DNA from: Botryllus schlosseri
Lineage: Eukaryota
Direction: 5' to 3'
NCBI GenBank assembly: GCA_051294905.1
Contig: CM119376.1
Coordinates: forward strand, 30,070,001-30,134,000
Length of the DNA: 64,000 bases
Each line of letters begins with the position of its first letter. The first letter of the stretch is position 1. Positions 37,620-52,300 of the stretch are shown here, in pieces. The translations under genes were made by a program, and so were the position numbers. The notes below the pieces were generated by a model. The model was not told where the DNA came from. It searched no databases and was given only the letters and a program-made list of their open reading frames with translations.

Positions 37620-40149
37620 TTCCGAATAATCATAAGTAGATCTGAGCTGACTGAGCAGAGTAGTCTTTACAAAGGCTACGGTTAGTGTTAGCTGGACCAT
37701 TGACAGAACATGTTCTGAGTGGTACCAGTTCTATCAGAATGTGTTTACTGTCCGTGTTTGGTTGTCGAGGGGATGATTTTCTCTTTTGACTTGAAATCAA
37801 AAATCACGGCTGGTCAGAACTATCCTAGAATATCCGAAACAGAAGTTACAACTATCCGAAACAAAATCTGCACTAGAATCCTAATCCGATCCGACTGTAT
37901 CAAAACTGTCCAAAATCCGGTCCTAGCCCGCCTATCCGAGTCCGTCCGATGCTGATCACTGTGTGCTCTGTTGCCTCTGTACTCCCGGTAAATAGTAACG
38001 GCAATAACTTCGCTACCACTGGTTGGAATTGAACAAAATTTGGTGAGCATCGTTTCTATAGACAACCTAACACTTTCATGGGGTAAACAGAAAGTTTTCA
38101 AATTTTTCATTATTTATTTTTATATAATAAATAGAAACTTTCTTCTCCTGTAGCAAAGCGGTTACTGGCTGGAATGGAACCAAATTTTGTGTGTAGACTT
38201 AAATTAGGTAACCTAACAATGTTATCAAGTAGCCAGTACGATTTGAGAAAAAAAGTCATTTTTGAAGAGCCCGACTCTATATACAAAATGCGATGATCAG
38301 AGAAAAGTTTGCTACATCTTATCCATTGCGAATGTGTGCTCAAGTTCCTACGAATAGAGTATTAATTCTAATGAATCGTGTCGAGCAGTGAGAGATAATT
38401 TTTCCGGGTAGCCTACTGCAATTACACACTCCTTGCCACTAAGAGTTAATTTCAATTTAGTTCAATTCAATTAATCGCTACTTGACTCTGTCAACGTGAA
38501 TTGGACTTTAGGGTATTATTAGGACTATCATGTGTGGCCAACATACATTGTATCGGGTCCGTGGACATATGAGCATTCGACATTACAGCATGCGAGACTT
38601 CGGCATGCGACAATTTGGCAAGCGACACATGAGCATGCGGGTTAAATTACGGGTGAGGGGTAGGTTAGGGACAGGGTTTGATTTATGGTTGGGTTGGGTT
38701 AGGATTAGGCTTTAGGTTAAGTTAGGTTAGGCTATGTTTCGGTTTAGGATAAGTTTTTGGGTTATACAGTCACATGCTGAAGTGACGCATGCTGGTTAGG
38801 GCTGTTCAAAAATAACTTTTTTTTCGGATTCCAGTCATTCACTGATTAAATTGTCAGGTAACCCTAAAAAATGCTGCACACCAAATTTGGTTCGATTCTA
38901 ACAAGTATAGGACTCCGCAGATCCAATTAAAATTTTTAAATTATTACGGAAAATTAAGAAAAAAATTCCAAATTTTTCTGCCAACCCCATGACATTGTTG
39001 AGCTGTCTTCAAAGACGTTGCAAAACAAATTTGAGTCAATTCCGACCAGTAGAAGCGGAGATATGTGAGTTTTTCGATGATAATCCTCGGATTATCCTTG
39101 ATCGGTGGATAATTATAGTCTCGATACCATTTTTCACCATGGAAGCCTTCGACCCTCAATTGAACGTTGCACAGCATATGAAACATGAAGTACTGACTTA
39201 TGTCAGTGGAAATGACTAATCTGTGAAGTCCAGGTCTACCCGCAGCATTGTAACCAAGTAGAATGAAATAGGTGTGTTCGACAAAATATCGAACTATCTT
39301 TATTGTGATGTAGAACTGCCATTAGATTCTTTGTAGTCGCATAAAAGGTACGTATTGGAACTTTTCACATCTTTCATACGGTTATGACTGATACTTAACT
39401 CGAAGTCTAATACGCGATTCAGAATAGAATCACTCTGGAACTAATTCAGTACGAAACGGCAAAGATGATGCACACCATCTTCCACACAAACAGGTCATAC
39501 TTTAATTCGCATTTTACAACTTTTGCAAAAACTCATGGTTATGAAACTAGACAGGTATCGAGAAATTCTATTTTGCTGCCTCTCCTGTCCCGATCTTCAT
39601 CCCGCAATAGTTTACATTTTGTCGGTGCGAAAACTTAGAATGATCTCCCAGCAAAGCTGATACCAATACCGTCATCGCCCCAGTTAAAAAAGAAATATAA
39701 AAATTATATACTCCAAACGTACTGTTGATTTTTTTCTTTTATACAATGCTTGTTCTAATGTTATCCTTTATTACACCTTTACTAAAGCTTAATATCGTGT
39801 CGTTAGTCATATATTTACTGAATGTTGACTCTACGTATATGTGTGTGATTTAATATATATGTTTCACGTAATTATTTATATATGCATCAAACACTCCAAA
39901 CGAGTGGCGACTGACTCTGAAGGCCTAACGGCCCCTCGTCGTCTCCCAGTATATACCGCAATATTTGTTTCGTATACTTTATTTATTGATGTGACGAATA
40001 AAAGACTATCCATCTATCCATCGATCTATCTATACTCAATATTGGCCAGCCCACGTAGCGACCCAAATAAACATTATCCCTTACCAAGCCTTGAATGCAA
40101 TAGAAAATATAATCAGATAACCACACAGAAGATGTTTCTCGAAATTACA

Positions 40150-40155
40150 TTTATT
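40150..40155 (-). terminator. Candidate polyadenylation signal AATAAA for the contactin gene
   Basis: tttatt on the + strand, about 180 nt past the stop codon. Confidence 0.45.
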
Positions 40156-40336
40156 TTATCGTAAAACTCAAAACACTAGAAGTGTCGCTTCGGGACGCCA
40201 TCGTATTGACGTTCCTACAGCAGCAGGTCATGTCAGCTCACCGCGAAATGAAAATTGGAAATTCGGAATCTTTTTCATTCGGAGTACAATAAGCTGAGGA
40301 TGACGTCACGCGAAGCAAAATGCAAATATGATTTCA

Positions 40337-43300
40337 CTACAAGTCCAATTTGACGAAGAGAATCCAAAGGAGAGAGACGAGAAGGACGATCATCCCGTTG
40401 AACTTGACGGACGCGGCCCCGCAGCATTCCAATGAGCCAGGCGGTGCAACTGAATGAACGATTTTAGAAAATTTAAGTAGGGTTGTTCAAAAATAACTTT
40501 TTTTCGGATTCCAGGGATTCACTGATTAAATTGTTAGGTTACCTAAAAACCGCTGCACACCAAATTTAACTCGACGAATCCAATGGTAGATGCAAACTTA
40601 CAGGCAGGAATTCCAATGATTAGAAAGGAAACTAATAGATTTTGAAAATTTTGAATTTATTATAAAAAAAATATATATTTTATTTTCAAATTTCACTGGC
40701 TAACTCATGACATGGTTAAATTGTCTAAAAAAATGATAAAAAAAAAACAAATTTGACTCAATTCCAGCTCGTAGAATTGAAGTGATCCAACTTTTTCAAT
40801 AGTAATTCTTGGATTACCCACAGTAAAGACAATTTTTTCAAATCCACGATTTTGAACACTACTAATTTCGCTTCTGCAAGTTGGAATCGAACCAACTTTG
40901 GTGTGCATCGTTTTATTAGACTTTACTTGATAATCCAATGGGGAAGACAGCAAAATTGAAAGAACTCATTTTTATAGTAAATTCAATATTTTTCAACTCT
41001 AATAGCTTCACTTGGTGTGCAACTTCTTATAGCCAACCTGACAATTTTAGTCAATAGCCGCGAAAATCTGAAAAAATAAATGTATTTTTAACAACCCTAT
41101 TGACCAGCCTGAGCGATGCTACGTCATCGTCAGACTTGCAATGAAGAGTGAAGAGTCGTTTTGATGTTAAAATTACCGGATTTGGTTGAAACATATTTGA
41201 TCGTCGACGTGGGGCCATCACCGCCCTTGTTGTAGCCCCGAACCCATACGTTGAAATTTCCGTCTCGCGGTAGAGTGAAAGAGTAGTGAGTGTTCATTGT
41301 CACGAACGTGATAGCGGTGTTGGAAGACAGTCCCTCTCGCCAGTATTGAACCTGAGGGTGGAGATTGCTATGAATCAGGCAGTCAGTCATTTTAATGAAA
41401 TTTTCATCAGATCAACACACTACAACATTGACACATAATGAAGAGATAGCAACAGCGTTGCAATGACTTAAAAGTGGAAAATGACTCGAGTCAATTTGTG
41501 TATTGAATCGACTTTTCCTCGAGTCATTGCGCATTTTATGACTTATTCAAGTCTCGTACGACCGATAATTGAAAAAAAGACCCGGAAGCCGTCTTTTATC
41601 TGTTCAGCGTGAGAAAAATGAGTATTATGAATCCGAGGCCTTTGATATCACCCAAGAGTTTTACAGAAGTGATTTGAACCTAGCTTGAAATCGATACTGA
41701 CTTGGACTCAAATTCGACTCTCAACACTATGACTCGTATTCGATCCGTCGCTCCCTGACTTGAACTCGGACTTGACTCGGTGGTGTATTGAAAATGACTC
41801 GGGTCAAAACTATAAAGGTAGAATTGACTTGGGACTCGCAACTTTGTGACTTGGTTACAACCATGGATACGAGGGTGTCCAAACGACTTGATGGTGAACG
41901 ACTTTTGGTGTTTATTACTAATGAAAATATTATTAAACGTGGTAACAACGAATTGTCATTCACCTTGTAGCCTAGCAGCATCTCCTCCTCGGCATTTTCC
42001 GTTCCGTCGTTCACGATGGGCGACCAGGAACCCCTGATTTCGCGGTCTACGATGGACAGCTGAAATCCGGTCGGGGCTTTGCTGGGAGGTTTCTTGGTCG
42101 TCGTGAATTTAAGAGAGTTACTCCAAGGACCTTGACCTGCAACCAGAGTTGGACACCTATAAGATGTTCAGTGTTTCCAAATTGATCGAACCTTTTCATC
42201 ATCAAATTAGAATTATACGAATTGAGTCCGCAAAAACTTTGAAATTAAACTAAATTCATAATCAGAATTACAAAAAAATCTGGTTCAGTTGATAGCCAAT
42301 CAGATTTCATACTCGTAAGCATCAAAATGACAAATGCCTTTACAGCAAACTTGGTTTGTCTCCGACTATACAATTCTCCCGTAGCATTTTCAGGAATATC
42401 AGAAATTAGATTAGAATTGGAATGAGAGCTTAAAACATGAAGTTGAATTGAGATTTGAACACAAAAACATTTCATCAATTAGATTAAAATTAGAATGTCA
42501 GAATTGGAAATTTGAGATTCAATTCAATTCCGAATTATAAATACAACATCTTAAATCAGAACTCCTTTCCATAAGCGTCACAATGGCAAATATCTGTACA
42601 CCGAGCTTGTCTCGTTGCGACCTATGCAGTTCTCTTGTAGCATTTTTAGGAAACTATAATTGAGACTAGAATTAGAATTAGAGCATTGAAATATTACGCA
42701 AATTATATTATAATTTAATTGTCGGCGTTTCACTCTAAGTAGTGTATTTAAACAACTATAATTATATTGTTGTCCAACTTCGCCTCACCCGCGCTGTTGT
42801 AGCCCGAGACTCGCGCGTTGTAAACTTGATTGGTCGCTAAATGTTCAACGCGGACTGTGGGCGACGGTCCTCTCGTTGTTAAGCTTTTTTCCACCATGTC
42901 AAAGCCAGCCGCTGTAGTGATTTCAACCTACACAAGACAGATATATTCTTAGTGCGTGTGGTGCGACGATATCAGCACCGTATCGGCCAGGGTGTAATGA
43001 CTCGAGTTATCCATCGACTCCGGTAAAGATTTTTTGGTGACTCAGCTCGACTCGAGTCATTTTCTTGCAATTTTGAAAATGAATTGACTCAGTTCGAATC
43101 CATCTGTGTATTGACTGGACTTGAGTCATTGCGCGTGACTTGGACCTAGTCATATGACTCGAGACTAGGACTACCAAGACATACATTTCATAATAATTTC
43201 AAAGAACAGTAAAGTTAGCACACTTTGGTATTTCGTCTATCAGCACTGGCACTTGAAAATGCTACCATAAAAACTGTTTAAAATGTGAAAAATGGGCAGC

Positions 43301-46300
43301 CCTACCGTTACCTTATATTATGAATGCGAAGCATTCGATATCACCAAGCAGAATTCTAAAAAGTGGGGTTCACCAGGGTTGTAACCAAGCCACAAAGGCT
43401 CCGAGTCACAAGTCAATCTCACTTCCACAGTTTTGACTGGACCCAAGTCGAGTCATTTTCAATTCAACACCGAGTCAAGTCCGAGTCCAAGTCAGCGAGC
43501 CGAGGGTCGAGTTCGAGTCATGGTATTATGACTCGAGTCCAAGTTGTGTTGACTCATCAGTTTCCAGTTAAAGTCTTGCTAAAACCACTGTTTATAACTT
43601 CTGTTTGGTGATATCGAATGGTTCGCGTTTATAATATACTAATTTTATCAGTGTCTGGTCGCATTTTCAAGTACCAGTACTAATAGCCGAAATCCCAATA
43701 GTGTGGTTACTTTACTATTCTTCGAAATTACAATGAAATGTTGGTCTTAGCCGTCTGAGTCTCAAGTCATATGACTTGCTTCGAGTCATGCACAATGACT
43801 CGAGTCCAAGTCGAGTCAATACAGTATTGACTCGAGTCGGGTCATTTCCTTATTTTGAGAAAATGACTCGAGTCAAGTCGAGTCATGGGAAAATTGTGAC
43901 TCGAGTCGAGTCATTACAACCCTGGGTTTCTCATGAATTCAACTACAAACTAAACAGTGAGCACAATGACTTGGACTCTGACTCGAGTAAAAAACTCGGA
44001 CTCGCTCCCTTACTTGTACTCGGAATTAACTCGGTGGCGAATTGAAAATGACTCGACTTTATCTCTCTCTCCCTCTCTCTCTTTCCGGAAATGAGGGCAA
44101 CGTCCGAAATTTTACCACATAAAGATTACCAAATAATGCATTAATATTTCATTCATCTTTTCTCACATGATATCCATCAATGCGTCCCGTTTCCGAAACG
44201 AGTACGTCCCACTTCAAAACGGCTTCGTACGCCTTCGCTGATACCAGCCAGGGTGTCGCGGGAGCACTGTTTGGCGCTGGAAACAAAACGATTCTTCAGC
44301 AAATCTCAGCGAGACACAATGAGAATGAAATTCACCTATTTCGAAAGTGCGAACAGTTCTGACGGGGCTCCAAGGCCCGTCCCCTGCGTCGTTTCTTGCC
44401 CGGACCTTCACGACGTAGGGCGCGAACACCTCGTCCGTCCCGACCTGCTCAGATAATTATTGTCATTTAGACGGATTGGCAGCAAAAGTAGCTGTCAAGA
44501 GGGTCAACCATAGTGTTATACAATGGTGTATACACAACCAAATCACACGGCTCACTGCGTTTGGGTCACGTCATTCTTTCATTTGACCGGAGGATATTTA
44601 CGGCAATATTTGGACTGTCCTGCTGAGTTTGATAAAACCGCTGCGAGTCGAAAGCTACTGTTGTAATCTACTAATTACTGAAATATACATTTTATTTGCC
44701 CATGGCCCTGCAACATCCACAAAATCAGCCTTGAATTTAAATTATGACGGAATTTGTCACTGTGACGCGCAAATTACGCGTTCGGCAAGCGTGTCCAAAT
44801 ATTTTCAAATTGAAATAAACCTTAATATTACCGGCTGAAACTTGGCACGCATAATTGTCAGCAACAAGAAGATAATTCAAAAGTACATTGTATATCAAAA
44901 CTCGTATCATCAAATATGAGGTCACATGAATGCAATTTAGAATAATCGAGCGAAACATCATCATCGTCATTGGTTTATTAGCAATTTTATCAGTTCAATA
45001 AACCACAAAAATGCGATACAATGAAAAGACAGGAAGATGTCGAAGCGACTTGGAGTAGTCTATGTAATCAGACACCCACCTTGGCCTAGGCGATGTAAAG
45101 GCATGCACACTGAATGAAAGTACAGAGAGCTGGGCTCAAATTTACTGTTCTTAAATTATACACAAACTTCTTCTGTTGGCACAAAACTTTCAAGAAAATT
45201 CGATATTGCAAAAAATCTCACAGTAAACGTTTTTTCCCCGGATCTGCCTCCGTAAACGACTGTTTCCTCCCAATCTTCTGCAACCTTAGACTCCAGCATG
45301 CTGTTGTTGTGGAGCGTGACCGGAAACGTGATATGAATGTTGTCGCTGTTCGCCTTTTGAATGGCTACAACGTAATCGACGTCGTCCGAGCCGTAATATT
45401 CTTCGTGAAGGGGCTGCCGATCAAGAGCGGAAGTTTCAGCCAATTTTTAGTTGACTCGAGGTATTTTCTTAAAAATCGAAAATGACTTGACTCGACTCGA
45501 GTCACTTTGCGTATTGACTCGACTTGTACTCGAGTCATTGCACATGACTCGATCAAGTCATATCTCACGAGATATTCTATTTGACTTGATTCAAATCTCG
45601 TGTATCAGGACCGATACTTGAACACTGTTTGAGTAAATATGTTAAGAGTGAGAAAAATGATTATGTCATCAATGTTAGGCTTTCAATATCACACAAAAAT
45701 TTTAATAAGGCGAGTCGAACCCGAATAACTCGAGTCCAAACCATAAGAGAGTGAATGACTAGTGACTTAGCTACAGCTCTAGTCACTTGTTACGCATCTA
45801 TTGTAGGTTAGTTATACCCAAACACCATCATCAGTTACAGCCTCACCTCCCATGAAACCACCAGCTGTCCGACGTTTCCCCCACCACCCCCGACACGATG
45901 CGGCGCTTTTGCTGGAGCTGTAAACGCATGCCGGTTATCATTTGAAGCCGCTGACGTTCGACTGACAACCAACCTGCTTTCAAAGTGCTGAATGCGGCCG
46001 ACGATTCGCTGGGGTCGCTTTTTCCTTGCTCGTTGACTGCGTAGATCCGGTAGATGTAATCGTTGTGAGGCAGCAGGTTTACAACAATGCGTCTGGTGTG
46101 GTTTGAAATTGCTGGTTCTGAGTTACGAAGAGAGAGATATGCTTATATTTTTCGTATATAAACAAAATGTAGTGAGAGAGAGGGAGAGAAAAAAAGAAAG
46201 AAAGAAAGGGAATATTTATTTGCTCGAAATAGCATATTCATCAAAGCCGAGCCACCTGGGCCAGGAGCGTCAAACACAGAAGTAGTTACCCTCAAAACTT

Positions 46301-49300
46301 GAGATTAAAAAAGAAAAGTAAAACAGACGATAGATCTTGAAACGATAAAAGTCACACTGAAACTCACACATATTTTGGTTGCTGTTAATGTTAATAAAAT
46401 GCCAGGATACGGACAGACGATTTTATTGAAGACAGAATCACTATCGAAATACAGTATATGTCAGTGTTTGGGTCAAGTCACTACCTTCGTGACATGAGTC
46501 ATCTCGAATCATTGCACATTTTGACTCGAGTCAAGTCGTGAATAGATTTTCGAATGTGACTCGAGTCAAGTCAAGTCACGAGTCAAGTCATGATTCAAAT
46601 CAAATTGAATTTTCGAAGCATGAGTCATGATGCATGTGAAAGACAGATTAGTTGGCCATTTATCTTGAATCAAATAACGAATATTAGTTAAATATACATG
46701 CAAAACGGCGTTGTATCGCTCACACACAGGTAGAACAGCTGAAAAAATACGTGAGTAACTGCGTATAGCTACATGCTACAGTCTGTTATCATCAGCCAAA
46801 ATAGAGGATCGAATACGAAGCCTCGAGAAGTTGATACAAATACGTTGCTATTAAATTAACCTTCTACTACTACTACCACCACGATGACAACGTAAGCTGT
46901 GATTGTAACGTTTACGGTCAAGTTATTTGTGATGTAACAAGGGATGATCAGTTAAACGTAATCAGTGAATGACTGGCTACTTTCACATGTGACATCGGCG
47001 TACCGCGAACAATCCGTAAATTTTGCTCCGAGTCACGAGTCAATCCACATTCATGAAGCGCCAAGTCAAGTCAAGTCATTTTTGCAAAGTGACTCGAGTC
47101 AAGTCAAGTGATACGAAAAAGTTGACACGAGTCAAGTCATGATTCGAGTCGCCCCAACACTGGTATATGTAGGTGCCACGCGGATTATCCAGTCAACTGC
47201 GCTAGTGAAGCGCGACAGTCATGCTACAATAAGTGGGAAACTGTTTCCCACGTCATCAATAAATTGAAACAAAGCAAATTGATTACTGGACGAACATTGG
47301 AAATAAAGTTGGAATATCAACTCTTATAGTTAGGATACTATTTGGTTGGATAATACGTATATATTGTATTCGGATTATCTTGGATGATGATGAAATAAAA
47401 TGGATGTCTCAATGCCTCACCTGTTTTCGCTATCGCCCATTCGGTGCTGTATGAATTTTTGAGTTCGACGATGTAAGAAGTGATTGGAGAGTAATTGTCG
47501 AAGCCGGCCTCCCAAGAAACCGTCTGAGAGTCACTCGTCCATCTATCGATGTTGATCTTCGTCGGCGGGCCCGGTGGTGCTGCGATAATAATAATATTGC
47601 TAATTCACAATCTGCGACGTACGATCGAATCATATTCTCACTCTTTACTAGGGCTGGGCAAAATCGAGTACCTGCGTGATTCGATTCTGAATCACGTATT
47701 ATGCTTCGAGTCGAGTCGAGCATTCGAGTATCAATCATTACGACGTGATAACAGTATATAAGATGTCACGGTTCAAATATATACCTGTTATGCCACCTCA
47801 AAGAATATAATGCCTGTTATCTATGGCATTAAAGATACTTTGGTATTATTTCGACCCTATACCGATTTCATTGCACTTTGTGACAATGTTGTAGGAGGAT
47901 GGTGACTTCGGAAATGTGTTATTTCCAGTAACGTTTGTAGCTTTGTACTATGTTTTGTATGCAATCAAGGTTTTAAGGCTTCCCCATTGAAAAATAGTAT
48001 CAAGCCATAACTCTCGTTAACAAAATAACCTCTCAGCGGCGAGTAGCATATAATGTCAGTACTCGAAAAAATCGTATTTTGCTACTCGACTCGAATCACT
48101 AAAATAATTACTCGATTCAGATTCAGATCATTGTGCCCAGCCCTACTCTTTACTAGAAACAAACCTGTACGCACTACCAATCTAACTAGTTGGCGGTCAA
48201 CTAACTACTGATTTTTGAGTAGTTCTATTTCTAGTTGTGTATTTTAAAAAATAGTTGCTAAACAACTAGAAAACACTATCGACAATTATTGGCTTCCATT
48301 GTGATACCGGTGCTCTGTTATGTGATGTTCTTGCAGCCATTACTGGCTCAGATTCAACCCTACAGCGGCTTATTCAAGTTTTAGGAGTCGAAACCCCTCC
48401 CATTTCAAGCCCGGAACCCAGTCTTTTTGAAACGCCAATTCTTCCTTCAATATTTGATAGCTCATTTACAATTCAGTAAACATCTTATCAGTGCTGAGTT
48501 GCTTCCGAAATGAATCTAGTTATAGTTTGTTGCGGATTTTGTAAGGTCTTTAGCTCTATTTCTAGTTCTGGTAGTGAGTTTTCAAAAGTGAGTAGTTCAA
48601 GCTCTAGTACTACTTACTAGTTCTGAAAATACAGTAGTTTTTGCTAGTCTCGTTAGAATCGAACAAATATTCGATATACCAATAACATCGTGTATATATC
48701 CCAGCTCTCCCAATATAGTCTCTTATACCACTTCTCGGTACTGAAAACATTCTCAGTGACTCCAAAATTGTTCATTCCTATTTGGGTACTCCGGGGGAGT
48801 TCAGAAGTAAGACACTTTTAAACTGCTCCCATTTCGGTCAAATGAATTTCCCCGAGATGTCATAGCGGTTTGACACTTGAATGCAAAGTACATCCCTAGT
48901 TGGATCTCGTTTTCAATACTCTCATAGCTCTGCCTCAGAAGGCTATTTGTTTCAATATATTTAGACCACTTTTAATATATTGCCATCATTAGTTTGATTT
49001 ATAGTGATAATATGGAGGATTTCCAGCTCGTTTCAACCAACAATTTAGATCGATTTGCGATGTTACCTCAACGGGTAAGCAATGTGAAGATATAACAAAA
49101 GTAGTACACATAATGGAGTCCTGGCAATGAGACGACCCTGAACTGCGACTTACCTGTCACAAATACTTGGGCTGAAGCGCACGGACTGTTGACGGTTGTT
49201 TCAGCGCAGCAAGTGTACACTCCTGTGTGTTGACTGGCGATGTTCTTGATCTGTAAACAGAAGCGGTCAGTAACAGAGTATCTCTTCTTAGTCGGCTACT

Positions 49301-52300
49301 TGAGTAGGTTTTTGGCTGCTCGCGTTACTTACTTCCACTTCCATGTAAGACTCTTTTGGAAAAACTTCTTACTTTTTACGTGTCGGAGCAGTAAGTACTT
49401 TTTGCTGAGTTTGCATAATTTTTATCAGTGATATTTTCATCTCAGCCGAGCCAAGTAGCCTCGGTATCAGGATAACTAAATATATTTTCAACATTTCCAC
49501 TATATGATTTTGGTATTTTTAGTAAGTCGTAAATACCACTTCGTAAATTCGAAGGTAGCCGACTCGAAGCGCTGAAAGCATGCCATATCCCTAGACCGAT
49601 AAACCTTTTGAATTTACTCCCTTGAAGCATTGTCAGACTTTCCTTTCTATACTTGTTATTCAAGTAGCTTTGGCACATCTTGGAAACCGCTACATACTTC
49701 TACTTGTAACTGAGTAGAAATTCATGGCATTATATAGATATACTTATACGTGAGTGGTAGGAAAGCTGGAAATACTTTGTGCAAGTATGTCTGTAAATAT
49801 AATTTGCATTTATAACGGGGTAAACGATCGATTTTGACCATGCTGACTTTTATCCAGAAGGAATAAAGCTGATAATTCACTTCACCTTTAGAACTACAAT
49901 TGAATAACATATTCGAATATTTTCGGCTGACACTGGTCAGGGGGCATCGCCAGCAACTATTACTGAAAGGTAAAGAACATCAACAATCATATCACCTCCA
50001 AATCTCCGCCGTTCAAGAAATAGTGGTTGTCTAGAAAGCCGTCGATGACATCTTGGTCATGAGTCCACGCCCAGTTGAGATTAACAGAGGGATCTTTGGT
50101 CGCCGCGCATCGCAACGCAACGCTTTCGCCGGCTTGGGCTCGCTGGTTTTGCGGCTTCTCCGTCATCTCGGTTGCGTCTAAATCGGGAAGATTTTGAGAG
50201 GAGTCCGACCGCACTATTCGGAAGGGCGGCTGACGAAACGTCAGGGTTGTAACCGAGTCACAAGGTTTCGAGTCACAAGTCAATCTTAGTTTTATAGTCG
50301 AGTCATATTCAATTCATCACCGAGTCAAGATCGATTCCAAGTCAGGGAGCAAACTGTTCGAGTCATCGTGCTGGGACTCGAGTCCAAGTCCAAGTCATAG
50401 TGTTCGCCAGTCATTATCGAGTTCAAGTCACGTTCAAATTACTTATTTTGAAACTTTATGGTGACATTCAATGTCTCGCGTTCAAAGTAAACTTAACAGA
50501 TTTATTCAAACAGATAAAAGACAGCTTCTGGGCCTAATTTTCAATTATCGGTACTGATAGATGAGACTTGAATCAAATCATGTGTCTTATTATTGTTCGA
50601 TTCCTGCGCAACGACTCGAGTGCCAGTCGAGCCGATGCACTAAGTGACTCAAGTCGATTCAACGAAAAATTGCGACTCGAGTCGGATTCGAGTCGAGTCA
50701 TTGCAACCCGGCGAAAAGTGTTCGATGATTGTGCTAGACGAAAAGCTATACAGTGTTGCCCCGATTTTCGGTATTGTGTATTACTGCATATTTGTTTAAT
50801 GTATATACTTTAACGGAGTATATTGGTATAACGCCATTTAAATATTATTCGATAAGGAGTTGGTAGACCTTACGTAATTCCCGGAACTGAAACCTGATAA
50901 GACCTTTGTGAGTCGTATATTTTATCGTGTGAACGTAGATAACAATTTGGCATGTACTTTCTCGTGGTTGTGAGAGACGGTCATTCAATTCATGATATTT
51001 GGCTGATTCGGAAGTCCGTTACATTGTCGTACGTAATTCAATAAAGTTACAAGTCGTGGAGACGGAAACAAATATATTCGTCAGTGTGATCCATCGAATA
51101 CGTGTCCAATAGACAGGCTTCGTGGTACTTCAGCCAACAAGGCCGTACGGCGCGGTTACGCCGGTTCGTCGAACGAAAGAAGAAACACGCAGCGAATTGT
51201 AAACGCAACCTTCTTGGAGTCAATAATACATCTTGGAGTCAGATATACAATTGTACAACTACAAACATTCGCTCTGCGTTAAATATATACCTTGTTTCTA
51301 CTGCTTTCTAATGCAGGTATCTCCGATCGATTATATAATATATCACGTGATCACGTAGCAGCCAATTCAACCATATGGTTCTGAGACTCTCCCACTATTC
51401 TACGGCATGCACTTCAAACAATATACTCGATATGAAACCACTCTTATCGTGTATATGCGTTGAAACTGTCGGCTAATACCCATAACTACTGTGTCTACCT
51501 GTTCTGCTATTAGACGAGATCGACTACATGGTCCTCCGAGGACGCCTAAATGCCGTTTTCTTCGTATTTCGAGTTAGTTGCTTATACAATAGTTTTAGGC
51601 GAGACGGATTTATTTCCAAAATAATTACCGTAGCCACCCTATAAGTTGGAAAAGTTTCTGGAAGCTTGACGGTTGTCTATAAACTTGAAGGATGTCGTGT
51701 AAACAATTTTATGAAATCGTTAGAAGTCAAAAGTTGAGGGAATCGCCAAGAATTCCTGGAATGAATTTATATAATAAATTTAATTTGTTCTTTTTGTATC
51801 TGATTTTATAACTTTTGCTTTGTTTTTTGTAATTTTGCCTGCAATTATCAAGGAAATGTAAAACATCATCAAACTCGAACGTAACAATTCTTCTTTCGTT
51901 TTACTTTCGACAAAAACATGTCCTATTTTTGGTGCTGCGAATGGTATGGAAAGGTATGAGTATAACTTTTGAGCTATCGGACTAGACATTGCTACATTGC
52001 GCCCCCAGTAAGGAATTTGACGGTTCGAAATATGACTTGATATAAGATATAAGATATAATAGATATCACGGATGTCACAGCAAGGAACTCGTGTTCCTGC
52101 CTCGACAATAATCCATATTATACTTATTGGTAGTTGTAGTGTGTCTGATAATGGATTTTAACAAGTGCTCACCATGAACCATCAACCTTCCGCTGCTCTC
52201 ATCACTACCGAGCTTGTTCGATAACTTGCAAGTGTAAAGACCTGCGTCCTCCTCCATCGTCGCGCTAATTCGCAGGCTTGCGTCTTCAAGGATCTCGAAT

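Noticed and set aside
35194-40336. Operon or read-through between contactin and gene 2
   Set aside because: The gap is 5.1 kb and transposon-filled, with a candidate polyA signal after contactin; nothing in the sequence supports polycistronic transcription.
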